Assembly: GCF_004010195.1 (NCBI RefSeq)
Contig: NC_057726.1
Span: forward strand, 57,977,559 to 58,041,558
Direction of reading: 5' to 3'
DNA length: 64,000 nt
DNA from: Chiloscyllium plagiosum
Taxonomy: Eukaryota
Shown: one piece after another, positions 47,633 to 59,940 of the stretch
Numbering within the stretch: position 1 is the stretch's first letter
How the letters are laid out: every line of letters begins with the position of its first letter
The notes under the pieces: model-generated
Database searches by the model: none
Seen by the model: the letters and a program-made list of their open reading frames with translations, nothing else
What the model was told of the DNA's origin: nothing
Translations under genes and position numbers: made by a program

Positions 47633-50600
47633 GGAAATAGTGAGGAAAGAGGTCAATCTGAGATTGGTACAGATGAGAAAAGAAGCGAGTCAATCAGGGC
47701 AGGCAGAGACAAAGCAGAGGACAAGATAGGACTGATAAATGAAACTGCATTTATTTCAATGTAAGAGGCCTAACAGGGAAGGCAGATGAACTCAGGGCAT
47801 GGTTAAGAACGTGGGACTGGGACATCATAGCAATTACAGAAACATGGCTCAAGGATGGACAGGACTGGCAGCTTAATGCTCCAGGATACAAATGTAACAG
47901 GAAGGAGAAAAAGGGAGGCAAGAGAGGAGGGAGAGTGGCATTTGTGATAAGGGATAGCATTACAACTGTACAGAGGGACGATACTCCTGGAAATACATCC
48001 AGGCAAGTTATTTGAGTGGAACTGAGAAATAAGAAAGGGATGATCACCTTATTGGTGATCACCTAATAGTCAGAGGGAAATTGAGAAACAAATTTGTAAG
48101 GAGATCTCAGTTACCTGTAACAATAATAGGGTGGTTATGGTAGGGGATTTTAACTTTCCAAACATAGACTGGGACTGCCATAGTGTTAAGGGTTTAGATG
48201 GAGAGGAATTTGTTAAGTGTGTACAAGAACATTTTCTGATTCAGTATATGGATGTACCTACTAGAGAAGGTGCAAAACCTACACTACGCTTGGGAAATAA
48301 GGCAGGGCAGGTGACTGAGATGTCAGTGGGGGAGCACCTTGGGGCCAGCAACCTAATTTTATTAGTTTTAAAATAGTGGTAGAAAAGGATAGACCAGATC
48401 TAAAAGTTGTTGTTCTAAATTGGAGAAAGGCCAATTTTGACAGTATTAGGCAAGAACTTTCAAAAGCTGATTGGGGGCAGATGTTCGCAGGTAAAGGGAC
48501 GGCTAGAAAATGGGAAGCCTTCAGAACTGAGATAACGAGAGTCAGAGACAGTATATTCCTGTCAGGGTGAAAGGAAAGGCTGGTAGGTGTAGGGAATGCT
48601 GGATGACTAAAGAAATTGAGGGTTTGGTTAAGAAAAAGAAGAAAGCATATGTAAGGTATAGACAGGATAAATCAAGTGAATCCTTGGAAGAGTATAAAGG
48701 CAGTATGAGGATACTTAAGAGAGAAATCAGAAGGCCAAAAAGGGGACATGAGATAGCTTTGGCAAATAGAATTAAGGAGAATCCAATGGGTTTTTACAAA
48801 TTAATTAACGACAAAAGGGTAACTAGGGAGAGAATAGGGCCCCTCAAAGATCAGCAAGGCGGCCTTTGTGTGGAGCCACAGGAGATGGGGGAGATGAGTA
48901 TTTTGCATCAGTGTTTACTGTGGTAAAAAGGTCATGGAAGATAAGGGAAATAGATGGTGACATCTTGAAATATGTCCTTATTACAGAGGAGGAAGTGCTG
49001 GATGTCTTGAAATGCATAGAAGTGGATAAATCCCCAGGACATGATCAGGTGTACCCTAGAACCCTGTGAGAAGCTAGGGAAGTGATTGCGAGGCCGCTTG
49101 CAAAGATATTTGTATCATCGATAGTCACAGGTGAGGTGCCAGAAGACTGGAGGTTGGCTAACGTGGTACCACTATTTAGGAAAGGTGATCACGACAAGCC
49201 AGGGATCTCTATACCAGTGAGCCTGATGTAGGTGGTGGGCAAGTTGTTGGGGGGAATCCTGAGGAACAAGATGCACATGCATTTGTAAAGGCAAGGACTG
49301 ATAGGGATAGTCAACATGGCTTTGTGTGTGGGACATCATGTCTCACAAACCTGATTGAGTTTTTTGAAGAAGTAACAAAGAGGATTGAGAAGGGTAGAGT
49401 GGTAGATGTGATCTATCAGTAAGGCGTTCGATAAGTTTCCTCATGGTAGACTGATTAGCAAGGTTAGATCTCATGGAATACAGGGAGAACTAGCCATTTG
49501 GATACAGAACTGGCTCAAAGGTAGAAGACAGAGGGTGATGGTGGAGGGTTGTTTTTCAGACTGGAGGCCTGTGACCAGTGGAGTGCCATAAGGATCAGTG
49601 CTGGGTCTATTATTTTTCATCATTTATATAAATGATTTGTATGTCAGCATAAGAAGTATAGTTAGTAAGTTTGTAGATGATGCCAAAATTGGAGGTATAG
49701 TGGACAGTGAAGAAGGTTATCTCTGATTACAACGGGATCTTGATCAGATGGGCCAATGGGCTGAGAAGTGGCAGATGGAGGTTAATTTACATAAATGCGA
49801 GGTGCTGCATTTTGGGAAAGCAAATCTTAGCAGGACTTATACACTTTATGGTAAGGTTCTAGGGAGTGTTGCCGAACAAAGAGACCTTGGAGTGCAGGTT
49901 CACAATTCCTTGAAAATAGAGTCGCAGGTAGATAGGATAGTGAAGAAGGGGTTTAGTATGCTTTCCTTTATTGGTCAGAGTATTGAGTACAGGAGTTGGG
50001 AGGTCATGTTGCAGCTGTACAGGACATTGGTTAGGCCATTTTTGGAATATTGCATGCAATTCTGTTCTCCTTCTTATCAGAAGGATGTTGTGAAACTTGA
50101 AAGGGTTCAGCTAAGATTTACAAGGACGTTGCATAGGTTGGAGGATTTGAGCTTTGCTTGAATTAAATTAAATCTTCATTAGTCAATTCCACTCCATGGA
50201 ACATCTGCAATTTAAGGTTGAACAGGCTGGGGCTATTTCCCCTGGAATGTCAGAGGCTGAGAGATAACCTTAAAGAGAGTTATAAAATCATGAGAGGCAT
50301 GTTAGAATAAATAGACAAAACCTTTTCCCTGGAGTGGAGTAATCCAGAACTAGAGGGCATAGGTTTAGCTGAGAGGGGAAAAATATAAAAGAGACCTAAC
50401 GGGCAATGTTTTCACACAGAGGGTGGTACATGTATGGAATGAGCTGGCAGAGGAAGTGGTGGAGGCTGGTACAATTGCAACATTTAAGAGGCATTTGGAT
50501 GAGTATATGAATAGGAAGGGTTTGGAGGGATATGGGCTGGTTGCTGGCAAATGGGACTAGATTAATTTAGGATATCTGTTTGGCCTGGACTGTTTGGACT

Positions 50601-50642
50601 GAAGGGGCTGTTTCCATGCTGTACATCTCTGTGGCTCTTTGA
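47633..50642 (+). mobile_element. Near full-length CR1/HER1 ORF2 (APE endonuclease + RT), disrupted
   Basis: WDIIAITETWL, VMVGDFNFPNIDW, KSPGHDQVYPRTL, SGVP*GSVLG, WAEKWQME, 3' UTR; multiple stops and frameshifts. Confidence 0.92.
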
Positions 50643-51049
50643 CTTGACAAAGTAGATCCTGAGAGGTCATCTCCAACCCGTGTGGGAGTCTAGAATTAAA
50701 TGACAGTTCTAAAAAAAAAAAGTGGTCTTGCTTTTAAGTTCAAGATGTGGAGTAATCTTTATCTCAAGGGTAATTCTTTTCCTGAGGGAACGGCAGAGGG
50801 TACACCATTGAAGGTATTCAAGATTATTATATTCAACTTGGATCAACTGGGAAGTCAAGGGTCATGTGCAGCAGACAGGAAAGTGAAGTTGAGACAATCA
50901 GATCAGCATCATTTGATGGTGCAGGCTCAGGTAATTAAATAGCCTAATGCTCTTTCTAATCCTTGTGTTCATATGTTTTGTGAAAGGTCCACTTTCTTTC
51001 ACAGATACTGGCACCCTCTGCAGATAGAAGTTCAATAAATGAAGATGCT

Positions 51050-52198
51050 CTGATTTTGGTTTGGAGTTGAGCAAGAGTTGGTTGAACAGACAGTGTTGGT
51101 GGAAATAGTGAGATGAAGAGCCAGGGTTGTTGACAACCTTGAGAAATTTATCCAAGGACTCTTGGATAGTTTTCATTTTCTTTTGCCGGTAGATCTCTCT
51201 GTAGTAGTTAACATGCTCATTGATTGCCCTGTTCACTTTGGCGCTGCGTTCCCTGTTTGGGTCACCCTCAGTGAAGATTTCCAATGCCTCTTCAATGACC
51301 TGGAAAGCCTCTGATAATTGTGTTGCTAACAGAACCAGAGGGGGCACTGTTTCAGTGCAATCTCCTCCTCTAGTTTGTTGACTCTTTAGTTGAATTACAT
51401 TTTTATTAGTCAATTCCTCTCCATGGAACACCTGTAATTCCACCCACTCAGCCTCCTTGACTTTATCAAAGCCCATTTCCCTTGCTGAAGTCATGACTGC
51501 ATGCTGAATTTCAGGGACAGCGTCGCGAGATCCTCCGTGGTTGCTGGCAGACTCAGTCTTCTCCTTTTTGGAGATGTACGTTCTCTGTGGCACATGCCCC
51601 CGGTAAAGTCCTGTTCCATCAGTGGTGAAGGCTTGTTTCGATGAGTAACCATCTTCTTCAAAAATTATTATTAAAGGGGCAGGGAATACATCAGCCCCTT
51701 CAGGACTAGTAATAGCTACTTCACCGCTCACTTTAATGTTATGTAAACAGGAATGTCTCGAAGCGCTCGATACAACCTTGACTAGCAGTGAAACTTTCCA
51801 ACTGTGAACCCGCACCTTGCCCATTCTGCAAGTCGTCATAGGCTTCTGGCTTTTGCCTGGATGACCATCAAACTAAGAGACACCTTGCACTGGTTTTGGT
51901 CTTTTATCCAGACTTACCAGTGTCTTTCCATGCTCTCCATGACGCTGCTTCTGGTCCAACATATCCTGCTGGCACTTACAGGTGTAACACTTTGTGCACT
52001 GTGTTTGATTTTGTCAGCATTACTATGAATGGTTCTCAATGACGTAGGGGGCAGCCCAAGTGCTCTGCCGATCGTGACTGCTCATTCTCCAGCCTCAAGC
52101 CATCGTAAAACCTCTAATTTCATTTCCAATGTGATCGTTTTCTTTTTTTCCATAGTACCTAATTGATTACCATCACTTGCCAGCTGTTTTTGATTCAT
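51050..52198 (-). pseudogene. Tigger/pogo-like DNA transposase, internally deleted and frameshifted
   Basis: N-term KKKTITLEMKLEVLRWLEAGE (HTH), VWIKDQNQ...VIQAKARSL (CENP-B-like HTH), LHNIKVSGE...GYSSKQAFTTDGTGLY...RTYISKKEK (first catalytic D region), then C-term HGEELTN...DPNRERSAKVNRAI; most of the DDD domain is missing. Confidence 0.85.
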
Positions 52199-52799
52199 GT
52201 TTAAGAGCAAACAGGAACACTAAGTCACAAACTTGGAAGAATCTTAGACAGCTTTCCAATGGCTTCTCTGTCTCCAACCGATGCAAAGCTGAACAAGGCC
52301 ACACTCAGGGCTCAGAATTAATCAGAAGATTATAAATTCAGGTTCCTGAAGGATAAGTATTGTACACTATATCTTTCACCCACAGCCCTTGAGCTAAATA
52401 AACCATTTTTAATGCAGCAAATGCCTCTCCCACCGACTTTAAGTGGCCTCTCTGCTTCATCCGATACAAATCTCCACACCATCAAAACTGAGGCTCTAAA
52501 ATAAGGATTTCAGGGTCAGGAAATAGACCTTCATTAAAAGTGAGCAGTCTACAAGTTTCAGCTTTATTCCTGAAAACAATACACAGTCAATATAGCATTT
52601 CGACATAGTGTCTTGTGCTGCAGTTTTCAGGAAGAGTAGCTGATACCTCAAACGTCTCTCCTCACGCTCACTCTAAGATAGCACCAAACAGTTCACACGA
52701 TACTACACAAGGTGGAACAACATTACTGCAGAGGCAGTAATGTTCAGAATGCAGGCCAGCACTGTTAGACCCACAATGTTAAAGCAAACAACAATTTAA

Positions 52800-53490
52800 A
52801 GTGGGGACTTACTGAAACTTTAAATCAACAATTCCATTTATACAGTATGTTACTCTAGTCCTGGTTGATAATGTTGCCACATCACAGAAAGATGACGTTA
52901 TATCTAAAATAAAAGGTCAGAGAAATTGCAAAGATTAATTGGTCAGTTGAACTGCTTGTAGACTGGACCACGTTAAATTTGATATATTAGAATGAAGTCT
53001 TAAGAAGGAAAAGCTGTCAAGTAGAGAAGCTTGTAAGGGTAGAACATAAAGTCACTCACTTTCAGATAGATATTAATCTTCTAGAGCAGCTAGATTCTTA
53101 TTATCTCATTTCGGTGAAAACAGGAATTATTGCCCCTTAGTTAGGTAAGTTAAGAAAATGAAAAAAAAGTTGTTAAAAGTACAGTGGCTGCTGAAACAAT
53201 AGCTTTTGTGGAGGTATCAGAAAAAGAATTCTACTTGTCAAATATTTTAAGTGAGATTCACTACATGGCTATACTGAAAATAGTCAGGAGTCCATTGAAT
53301 GTTTTGGAGGTAATAAGTCATTATTGGATAACATACACAAACTGAGAGAGATAACAGATTGCAGGTGTACCTTGCTAGTCTGAAAAATACGCTGGAGAGC
53401 ACAAAGATATGCAAAATTAAATGAATTGATGCAAGTGATCAGCAGATTCTTTTACACAAAGAAGGGGCATCTCACAATGTCGTGCTCTGA
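52800..53490 (+). mobile_element. Ty1/copia (GalEa-like) RT/RNase H remnant
   Basis: KLQRLIGQLN...FDILE; CPLVR*VKKMKK/VVKSTVAAETIAFVEVSEKEFYLSNILSEI; NKSLLDNIH; RLQVYLASLKNTLE...IK*IDASDQ/ADSF..RGAS, matching copia WKSKK..VVKSTLAAE...DNKSL...QLAD.LTK motifs. Confidence 0.7.
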
Positions 53491-53574
53491 AAAGAATATG
53501 TAGGTCTTTTAATTTGTTTTGAAAATTTGACTGCAACTGGAAACAGTAATTTTTGTTTAATCAGAGAAAAGGAT

Positions 53575-54019
53575 ATCTCAATTGCTTGCAAATGCTAGGG
53601 CATTAACTTGCCATACAGTTGTGCTGCAATTAAGTGCAACAACAGGCTCAGCGGTAACATACCTAATTCTACATCAGGAGGCTCTATGCTCAAATCATGC
53701 AGGACCTATTGCAATTCAGGCTCTTGTATTTTATATCAGGACAAGCCTTATTGTGTGAGGATATTCATTATTGTTGAAATTTCAAAAACAGCATTAGTAG
53801 ATTAAAATCCTTTTTTTTAGAAAACCTTCTGAGCCAGAGTCTCTAAGCTCAAGTCTTATCTACCCCAGATATATATTTATTTTAGTGAATAGAAGATTAA
53901 AATTGTAGTGGCTAGGTTAGGAGGTGGACATGTGTAATGTGTGACTTTGTAAATAAAGTTGAGAAACAAAGACTGGTTCCAGTTGTATCCTTCATCATCT
54001 GACTTTCTGGATTAGGACA
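53575..54019 (+). mobile_element. Possible 3' LTR of the copia remnant
   Basis: Follows purine tract AGAGAAAAGGA, contains AATAAA at ~53952 and ends ...GGACA; no paired LTR in the window. Confidence 0.3.
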
Positions 54020-55349
54020 CTAATCTCCTTTCTCCATTGAAGGAATTAATGTTTTCAAAGAGATATAAAGGAAACTGTTTTCACTAAGTGAAATAACAGT
54101 TGATAATTTCGCACAAAATCTACATGCAACTCAGATGGAAACAAGCTGCAGTAGTGCAGTTTGTCCAGCAGGAACGTTCAAGTGAACATACAGGTCAGGT
54201 ATCACGAATAGAATTGAAGCAAAATGAATTTTAAAGCACGGAAAGTGACCATTGAGCCCATTGTGCCTATTCTAACTCTGATAGAACAGTTCAAATTGGG
54301 CTCAAAGCTCAGCTTCTCCACATAATCCTGCAAATTGATCCTTTTCAAGTACTTGCCCAGTTGTCTCTTAAAATTCCCAACAGAAATTCATGTCTCTCCG
54401 TTACTACAGTCCAGATCCTTACAATCCAAAAATACTATTCCAAATTGTCCTTCGTATTTTTATCAATTTTTTTAACATATAACCTCTGGCTTGCAACACA
54501 ATGGTCAAAAAAAAGTTTCGCCATATTTTTGTCTGTTAAAATGCCTCATGATATTGAATAACTCTTGTAGGTTTCCCCTCAACCTTTCTTGCTGCAAGAC
54601 CACTTCCAGCTTTTGCAAGCTCGATGTAACTAAAGGTTCTAATCCCTGTATTATCCAGGGAAATCTCATTTGTACTGTCACCACAATCAGGACATCCTTC
54701 CAAAATTGGATTGCCCAAAATTGTACAATATCAATCTCCCGTTAATGAAATAAAAAAAACACAAGTTTCTTTCATTTTGTATGCTTCTAATTTCTTAATA
54801 AGTCTGATGTGTTTTTTGCTAGCTTTTACATAAACCCATGACATTCCCTCCAATCTTCTTTGCTATTCAATGAAGCAAGTCAATCAGATTAATCAGACAC
54901 AGCTTGCCTTTAAACAATGCATGCTTTAACAATCTATGCTATCCCAAGTGAGAGCTCATTTTATTGACCGTGATCTCTCAGTTTTCCCACAATTAACATT
55001 GACTGATTTGTAGTTACCTCTCCACTTTTTTTTAAAAAAGGTTTTTCTAAAGCTGGTGAAATTGCTTAGCGTGCTGTCTGTAGACAAGCAAACCCCTTGG
55101 AAAAGAAGTGTATCACTATCTCTCTGCCTGGTTCATAGTACAAGTTGTCTCACTGTTTGGGACTGAGTTGGATTGTGAGCAAGGCTTCTTACATTTGGAA
55201 GTGACTAAATCCCTGCTTTCACCATCAGTTTGACCATTACTGGATTGAATTTTTAACAATGCCATGCATATCCGTGATTGCATTAAACTTGGCATCTTTC
55301 TACCATCATACAGTTATTCCAATCAGTGATTTTTACACTGTCACCATAT

Positions 55350-55603
55350 AAGATTAGGTTACTTACTTAGTGTGGGAAACAGGCCCTTCGGCCCAACAAG
55401 TCCACACTGACCCGCCGAAGCGCAACCCACCCAGACCCATTCCCCTACATTTACCCCTTCACCTAACACTTCGGGCAATTTAGCATGGCCAATTCCCGTA
55501 ACCTGCACCTTTTTGGACTGTGGGAGGAAATCGGAGCACCCGGAGGAAACCCACGCAGACACAGGGAGAATGTGCAAACGCCACACAGTCAGTCGCCTGA
55601 GGC
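55350..55603 (-). mobile_element. 5'-truncated HE1 SINE
   Basis: Shares the GTTGCGCTTCGGCGGGTC subfamily motif with copies at 10214 and 63677. Confidence 0.9.
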
Positions 55604-56559
55604 TTCGAAAATAAATTCAGTAAAATATCAATGACCAGATGTGTGTCCTGAAATTTTATATTCGATTTGGTTGTGGTGGGCTGTATTTACATTAATGAAA
55701 CAAAGTTTAGAACAATGAAACTAAAAAAAACTTAAGCCCAAGTTACTCACAACTTACTCTGCAATGCTGACCATTAAAATTATACCAGAATCTGAATAGT
55801 CTGATTCAGTAATAATTATACTGTTTATAGCTGCAGTCAAATAAACCCCACAAGTGCTGACATTGGTATTTCCTGAAAAGAAAATCTCACTTCCTTTTCT
55901 CCGCTTTTTTTTTACATTTCGTGTCAGCTTGGGACAAAGCGTTTCAGCCTCGAAGTTAGAAGTGTGCTGGATCAAGTCCCATCTTTAAGTAACCTAGCCT
56001 GAGACTCAAGTGCAGAACTGATGGCATGCTACACTGCCTGGAGCTGCTCTCTCTCCTACTGAAACATTCGACTGTCCAGAAGAGTTGTATTGTTCTTCTC
56101 TCCGCAGATGCTGATTTGTTCCGTCACTTGCTGTTTTTATTTTAGATATCCAGCATCCGCAGTTGCTTGCATTAAAATAAATATCCGTGTAAATTTGTGG
56201 TTTAGGGGCTTGCTTGCTTGCTCCTGTGGACAAAGGCTGCTGACTGCACTGTCAAGGTAACTCACTCACTGTGAGAATGAGAAACCCCTCCATGCTGCAC
56301 TGGAACAATTTTGACTCTATGAAGTGTTTCAAATATGCAAATTCTTGCCTTCCACTTTCCTCCTTCATTTTCACTCCTCCCCTTCTCTGCAAACCAACTC
56401 CTTGTCTGCCTTCTCAGAACTTCAGGCAGGATTTGGAAAAGGTGCAAAGCCCATTCGCCTTTCCCTCCTCTTTTTGCCTGTCTGCCTCACTGTGTTTCTT
56501 TCTCTCCCTATTCATCCATCCATTCATGTTTTTTGTTTTGACGGCCCCCTTGCATTTTC

Positions 56560-57210
56560 TTACCTCTGTCTCCCGGTGAGGGGCTGCGAGAGACCCTCAG
56601 TAGCGCCGCGGGCCGCCGCAAGTGAAACCTCCAAGCCGGCAAGGGGCGCACGAGAGCGCAGGCCGAGCCCGCACTACGCGTGCGCCCAATATCGGTCCCA
56701 CAACGCAGCGCGGCGGCCTTTGGGGAAGAGGTGGGAGGGGGGGAAAAGCATTGAGCGGTTTCAGAGCCGCTTTGCATTGTGGTTGCACCGCCCTTCCATG
56801 ACTGCATCTGTTAACCCGCCGAGGTGAAAAACCTCAGGCCATTTCCTGCTCAGGTAGTTTGAATGCCAAAGTGTAAGATCGCCCCAATCCACTTTTTGAA
56901 CTTGCCAAGGGGACTGACAGCTCCAAATAGCCTTTCGTACGAATATTAGACGACAAAGCGGAACGGGAGTCACGTTGTCAGAGTGACTGAAGTGCGCAGG
57001 AGCAAAAATAATGTGACGTTAGGCGGAAGTGCGCTGGGAAGACAGTGAGGAGCTCGCGGTAGGTAACCGGGGGGTCACCGGGTGACCTGGGGGGGGGGTA
57101 GCGGTGGGGTAACCTAGCAACCAGTTCCTTCGGTACCGACTCCTCGTCTCGGTTTTAGCAAAATCGTTCACTCGCTTCTAACGGCAAGGGACTAGAAAAT
57201 GGCGAGACAG
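56560..57210. promoter_or_regulatory. CpG island / bidirectional promoter (FBXL8 leftward; unidentified gene rightward)
   Basis: Only CpG-dense tract apart from HSF4 exon 1; minus donor GAG|GTAAGA at 56564; plus donors CG|GTAGGT / AG|GTAACC at ~57058-57062; NRF1-like GCGTGCGC, CCAAT, ZNF143-like GTCCCACAACGCAGCGCG (56695-56712), TGACGT, ETS CGGAAGT (57024-57030), YY1-like AAAATGGCG (57196-57204). Confidence 0.8.
56564..56690 (-). other. FBXL8: Probable non-coding first exon of FBXL8 (5' boundary uncertain)
   Basis: Strong donor GAG|GTAAGA at the island edge, oriented toward the FBXL8 acceptor at 34375. Confidence 0.55.
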
Positions 57211-57349
57211 CCACTGGGGGAGGGGGATGTGCCTGATGTTTTTGTACTTTTCACTGTCACCAGTTCCCAGTATTTACCTCCGGGGTAGGGTGGTGCAATG
57301 AAGGAGAGCTTTCGTCTTTTCTGTCTAATTTAGTGGATACTGTGTAAGA

Positions 57350-59300
57350 GGGGGAGTGGCGTTTTTGATAAGGGATAGCGTTACGGCTGTGCTGAGGGAG
57401 GGTATTCCCAGAAATACATCCAGGGAAGTTATTTGGGTGGAGCTGAGAAATAAGAAAGTGATGCTCACCTTATTGGGATTGTATTATAGACCCCCCAATA
57501 GTCAGAGGGAAATTGAGAAACAAACTTGTAAGGAGATCTCAGCTATCTGTAAGAATAATAGGGTAGTTATGGTAGGGGATTTTAACTTTCCAAACATAGC
57601 CTGGGATTGCCATAGTGTTAAATGTTTAGATGGAGTGGAATTTCTTAAATATGTACAAGACAATTTTCTGATTCAGTATGCGGATGTACCTACTAGAGAA
57701 GGTGCAAAACTTGACCTACTCTTGGGAAATAAGGCAGGGCAGGTGACTGAGATGTCAGTGGGGGAGCACTTTGGGACCAGTGCCATAATAGTATTCGTTT
57801 TAAAAAAGTGATGGAAAAGGATAGACCAGATCTAAAAGTTGAAGTCCTAAATTGGAGAAAGGCCAATTTTGACGGTATTAGGCAAGAACTTTCAAAAGCT
57901 GATTGGAGACAGATGTTTGCAGGTAAAGGGACGGCTGGAAAATGNNNNNNNNNNNNNNNNNNNNNNNNNNNNNNNNNNNNNNNNNNNNNNNNNNNNNNNN
58001 NNNNNNNNNNNNNNNNNNNNNNNNNNNNNNNNNNNNNNNNNNNNNNNNNNNNNNNNNNNNNNNNNNNNNNNNNNNNNNNNNNNNNNNNNNNNNNNNNNNN
58101 NNNNNNNNNNNNNNNNNNNNNNNNNNNNNNNNNNNNNNNNNNNNNNNNNNNNNNNNNNNNNNNNNNNNNNNNNNNNNNNNNNNNNNNNNNNNNNNNNNNN
58201 NNNNNNNNNNNNNNNNNNNNNNNNNNNNNNNNNNNNNNNNNNNNNNNNNNNNNNNNNNNNNNNNNNNNNNNNNNNNNNNNNNNNNNNNNNNNNNNNNNNN
58301 NNNNNNNNNNNNNNNNNNNNNNNNNNNNNNNNNNNNNNNNNNNNNNNNNNNNNNNNNNNNNNNNNNNNNNNNNNNNNNNNNNNNNNNNNNNNNNNNNNNN
58401 NNNNNNNNNNNNNNNNNNNNNNNNNNNNNNNNNNNNNNNNNNNNNNNNNNNNNNNNNNNNNNNNNNNNNNNNNNNNNNNNNNNNNNNNNNNNNNNNNNNN
58501 NNNNNNNNNNNNNNNNNNNNNNNNNNNNNNNNNNNNNNNNNNNNNNNNNNNNNNNNNNNNNNNNNNNNNNNNNNNNNNNNNNNNNNNNNNNNNNNNNNNN
58601 NNNNNNNNNNNNNNNNNNNNNNNNNNNNNNNNNNNNNNNNNNNNNNNNNNNNNNNNNNNNNNNNNNNNNNNNNNNNNNNNNNNNNNNNNNNNNNNNAGGT
58701 TAGATCTTATGGAATACAAGGAGAACTAGCCATTTGGATACAGAACTGGCTCAAAGGTAGAAGACAGAGGGTGGTAGTGGAGGGTTGTTTTTCAGACTGG
58801 AGGCCTGTGACCAGTGGAGTGCCACAAGGATCGGTGCTGGGTCCTCTACGTTTTGTCATTTCCATAAATGATTTGGATGTGAGCATAAGAGGTACAGTTA
58901 GTAAGTTTGCAGCTGACACCAAAAGTGGAGGTGTAGTAGAGAGCAAAGAGGGTTACCTCAGATTAAAACAGGATCTGGACCAGATGGACCAATGGGCTGA
59001 GAAGTGGCAGATGGAGTTTAATTCAGATAAATGCGAGGTGCTGCATTTTGGGAAAGCAAATCTTAGCAGGACTTATACACTTAATGGTAAGGTCGTCTGG
59101 AGTGTTGCAGAACAAAGAGACCTTGGAGTGCAGGTTCATATTTCCTTGAAAGTGGAGTCGCAGGTAGATAGGATAGTGAAGAAGGCGTTTGGTATAGGTT
59201 AGGTGCAGGCAGGTGAGACTAGATTGGGTTGGGATATCTCGTTGGCATGGATAGGTTGGACTAAAAGGTCTGTTTCCATGCTGTACATCTCTATGACTCT
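57350..59300 (+). mobile_element. CR1/HER1 LINE spanning an assembly gap
   Basis: LGLYYRPPNSQRE, VMVGDFNFPNI, SGVPQGSVLGP; internal deletion near 59195 before the 3' UTR. Confidence 0.9.
57945..58696. other. Assembly gap (N run)
   Basis: 752 N. Confidence 1.
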
Positions 59301-59827
59301 CTGACTAATAGTTTGTGCTCACTGTTACGTTTTAATTTGATATCTGGCTTCATTATCTCAGAGTCATTAAGTGTCCGATTCTTAAAGGTTTGTGTCACTT
59401 TTTGAAAGGAGTGGTTTGAATTTATCTTCATTGTGTTTCAGAAACATTCTACAGTCTTCGCTTTGTAATGCAATTACCTGTGCAGAAAATTGTCAGCCAT
59501 TTTGCACACCATTGTGTCCCATGAACAGCAATGAGAGAAATGTCTGTTACCTGTTCATTTTTGGTGAAGAGAAGAATGTTGGTTAAACATGAATGCACTT
59601 GGTGTATAGATTAGTACCATTGCACCTTTAGTATCCACTGAGGAGATATGAGGTGATTAGTAACTTAACTGAAGGAAGGCACTACTGACAAGGTAGTGTA
59701 GCTTCAGTACTGAACTGAAATGTCAAATCAGATTATGTGCTCAAGTTCTGGAGTGGAACTTGATGGATAATATTTCAAAGAAGTCTGAGAATTGACAACT
59801 GAGTCAACTTAAAAATGACGGAGTTGA

Positions 59828-59940
59828 CAAGAAACAAAATATTGCAGATGCTGGAGATCTGAAAGAGAAAAATATGGTAGCATCTGTAGAGAGAGAAATA
59901 GTTAATGTTTCAAGACCAATATGACTCCTTTCATCTGGCG
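59828..59940 (-). mobile_element. Old Penelope-like terminal remnant
   Basis: TGCAGATGCTGGAGATCTGAAA...GTTAATGTTTCAAGACC..TTCATCTG; minus strand retains GAUGA...GAAACAUUAAC. Confidence 0.5.

Noticed and set aside
50898-51839. 313-aa ORF as a domesticated TIGD gene
   Set aside because: N-terminus has stops and a frameshift, and most of the catalytic domain is deleted
57073-57087. Estrogen response element
   Set aside because: GGTCA and TGACC are separated by 5 nt, not 3
57808-59202. Long ORFs of 253-464 aa
   Set aside because: Artefacts of translating across the N gap inside a CR1
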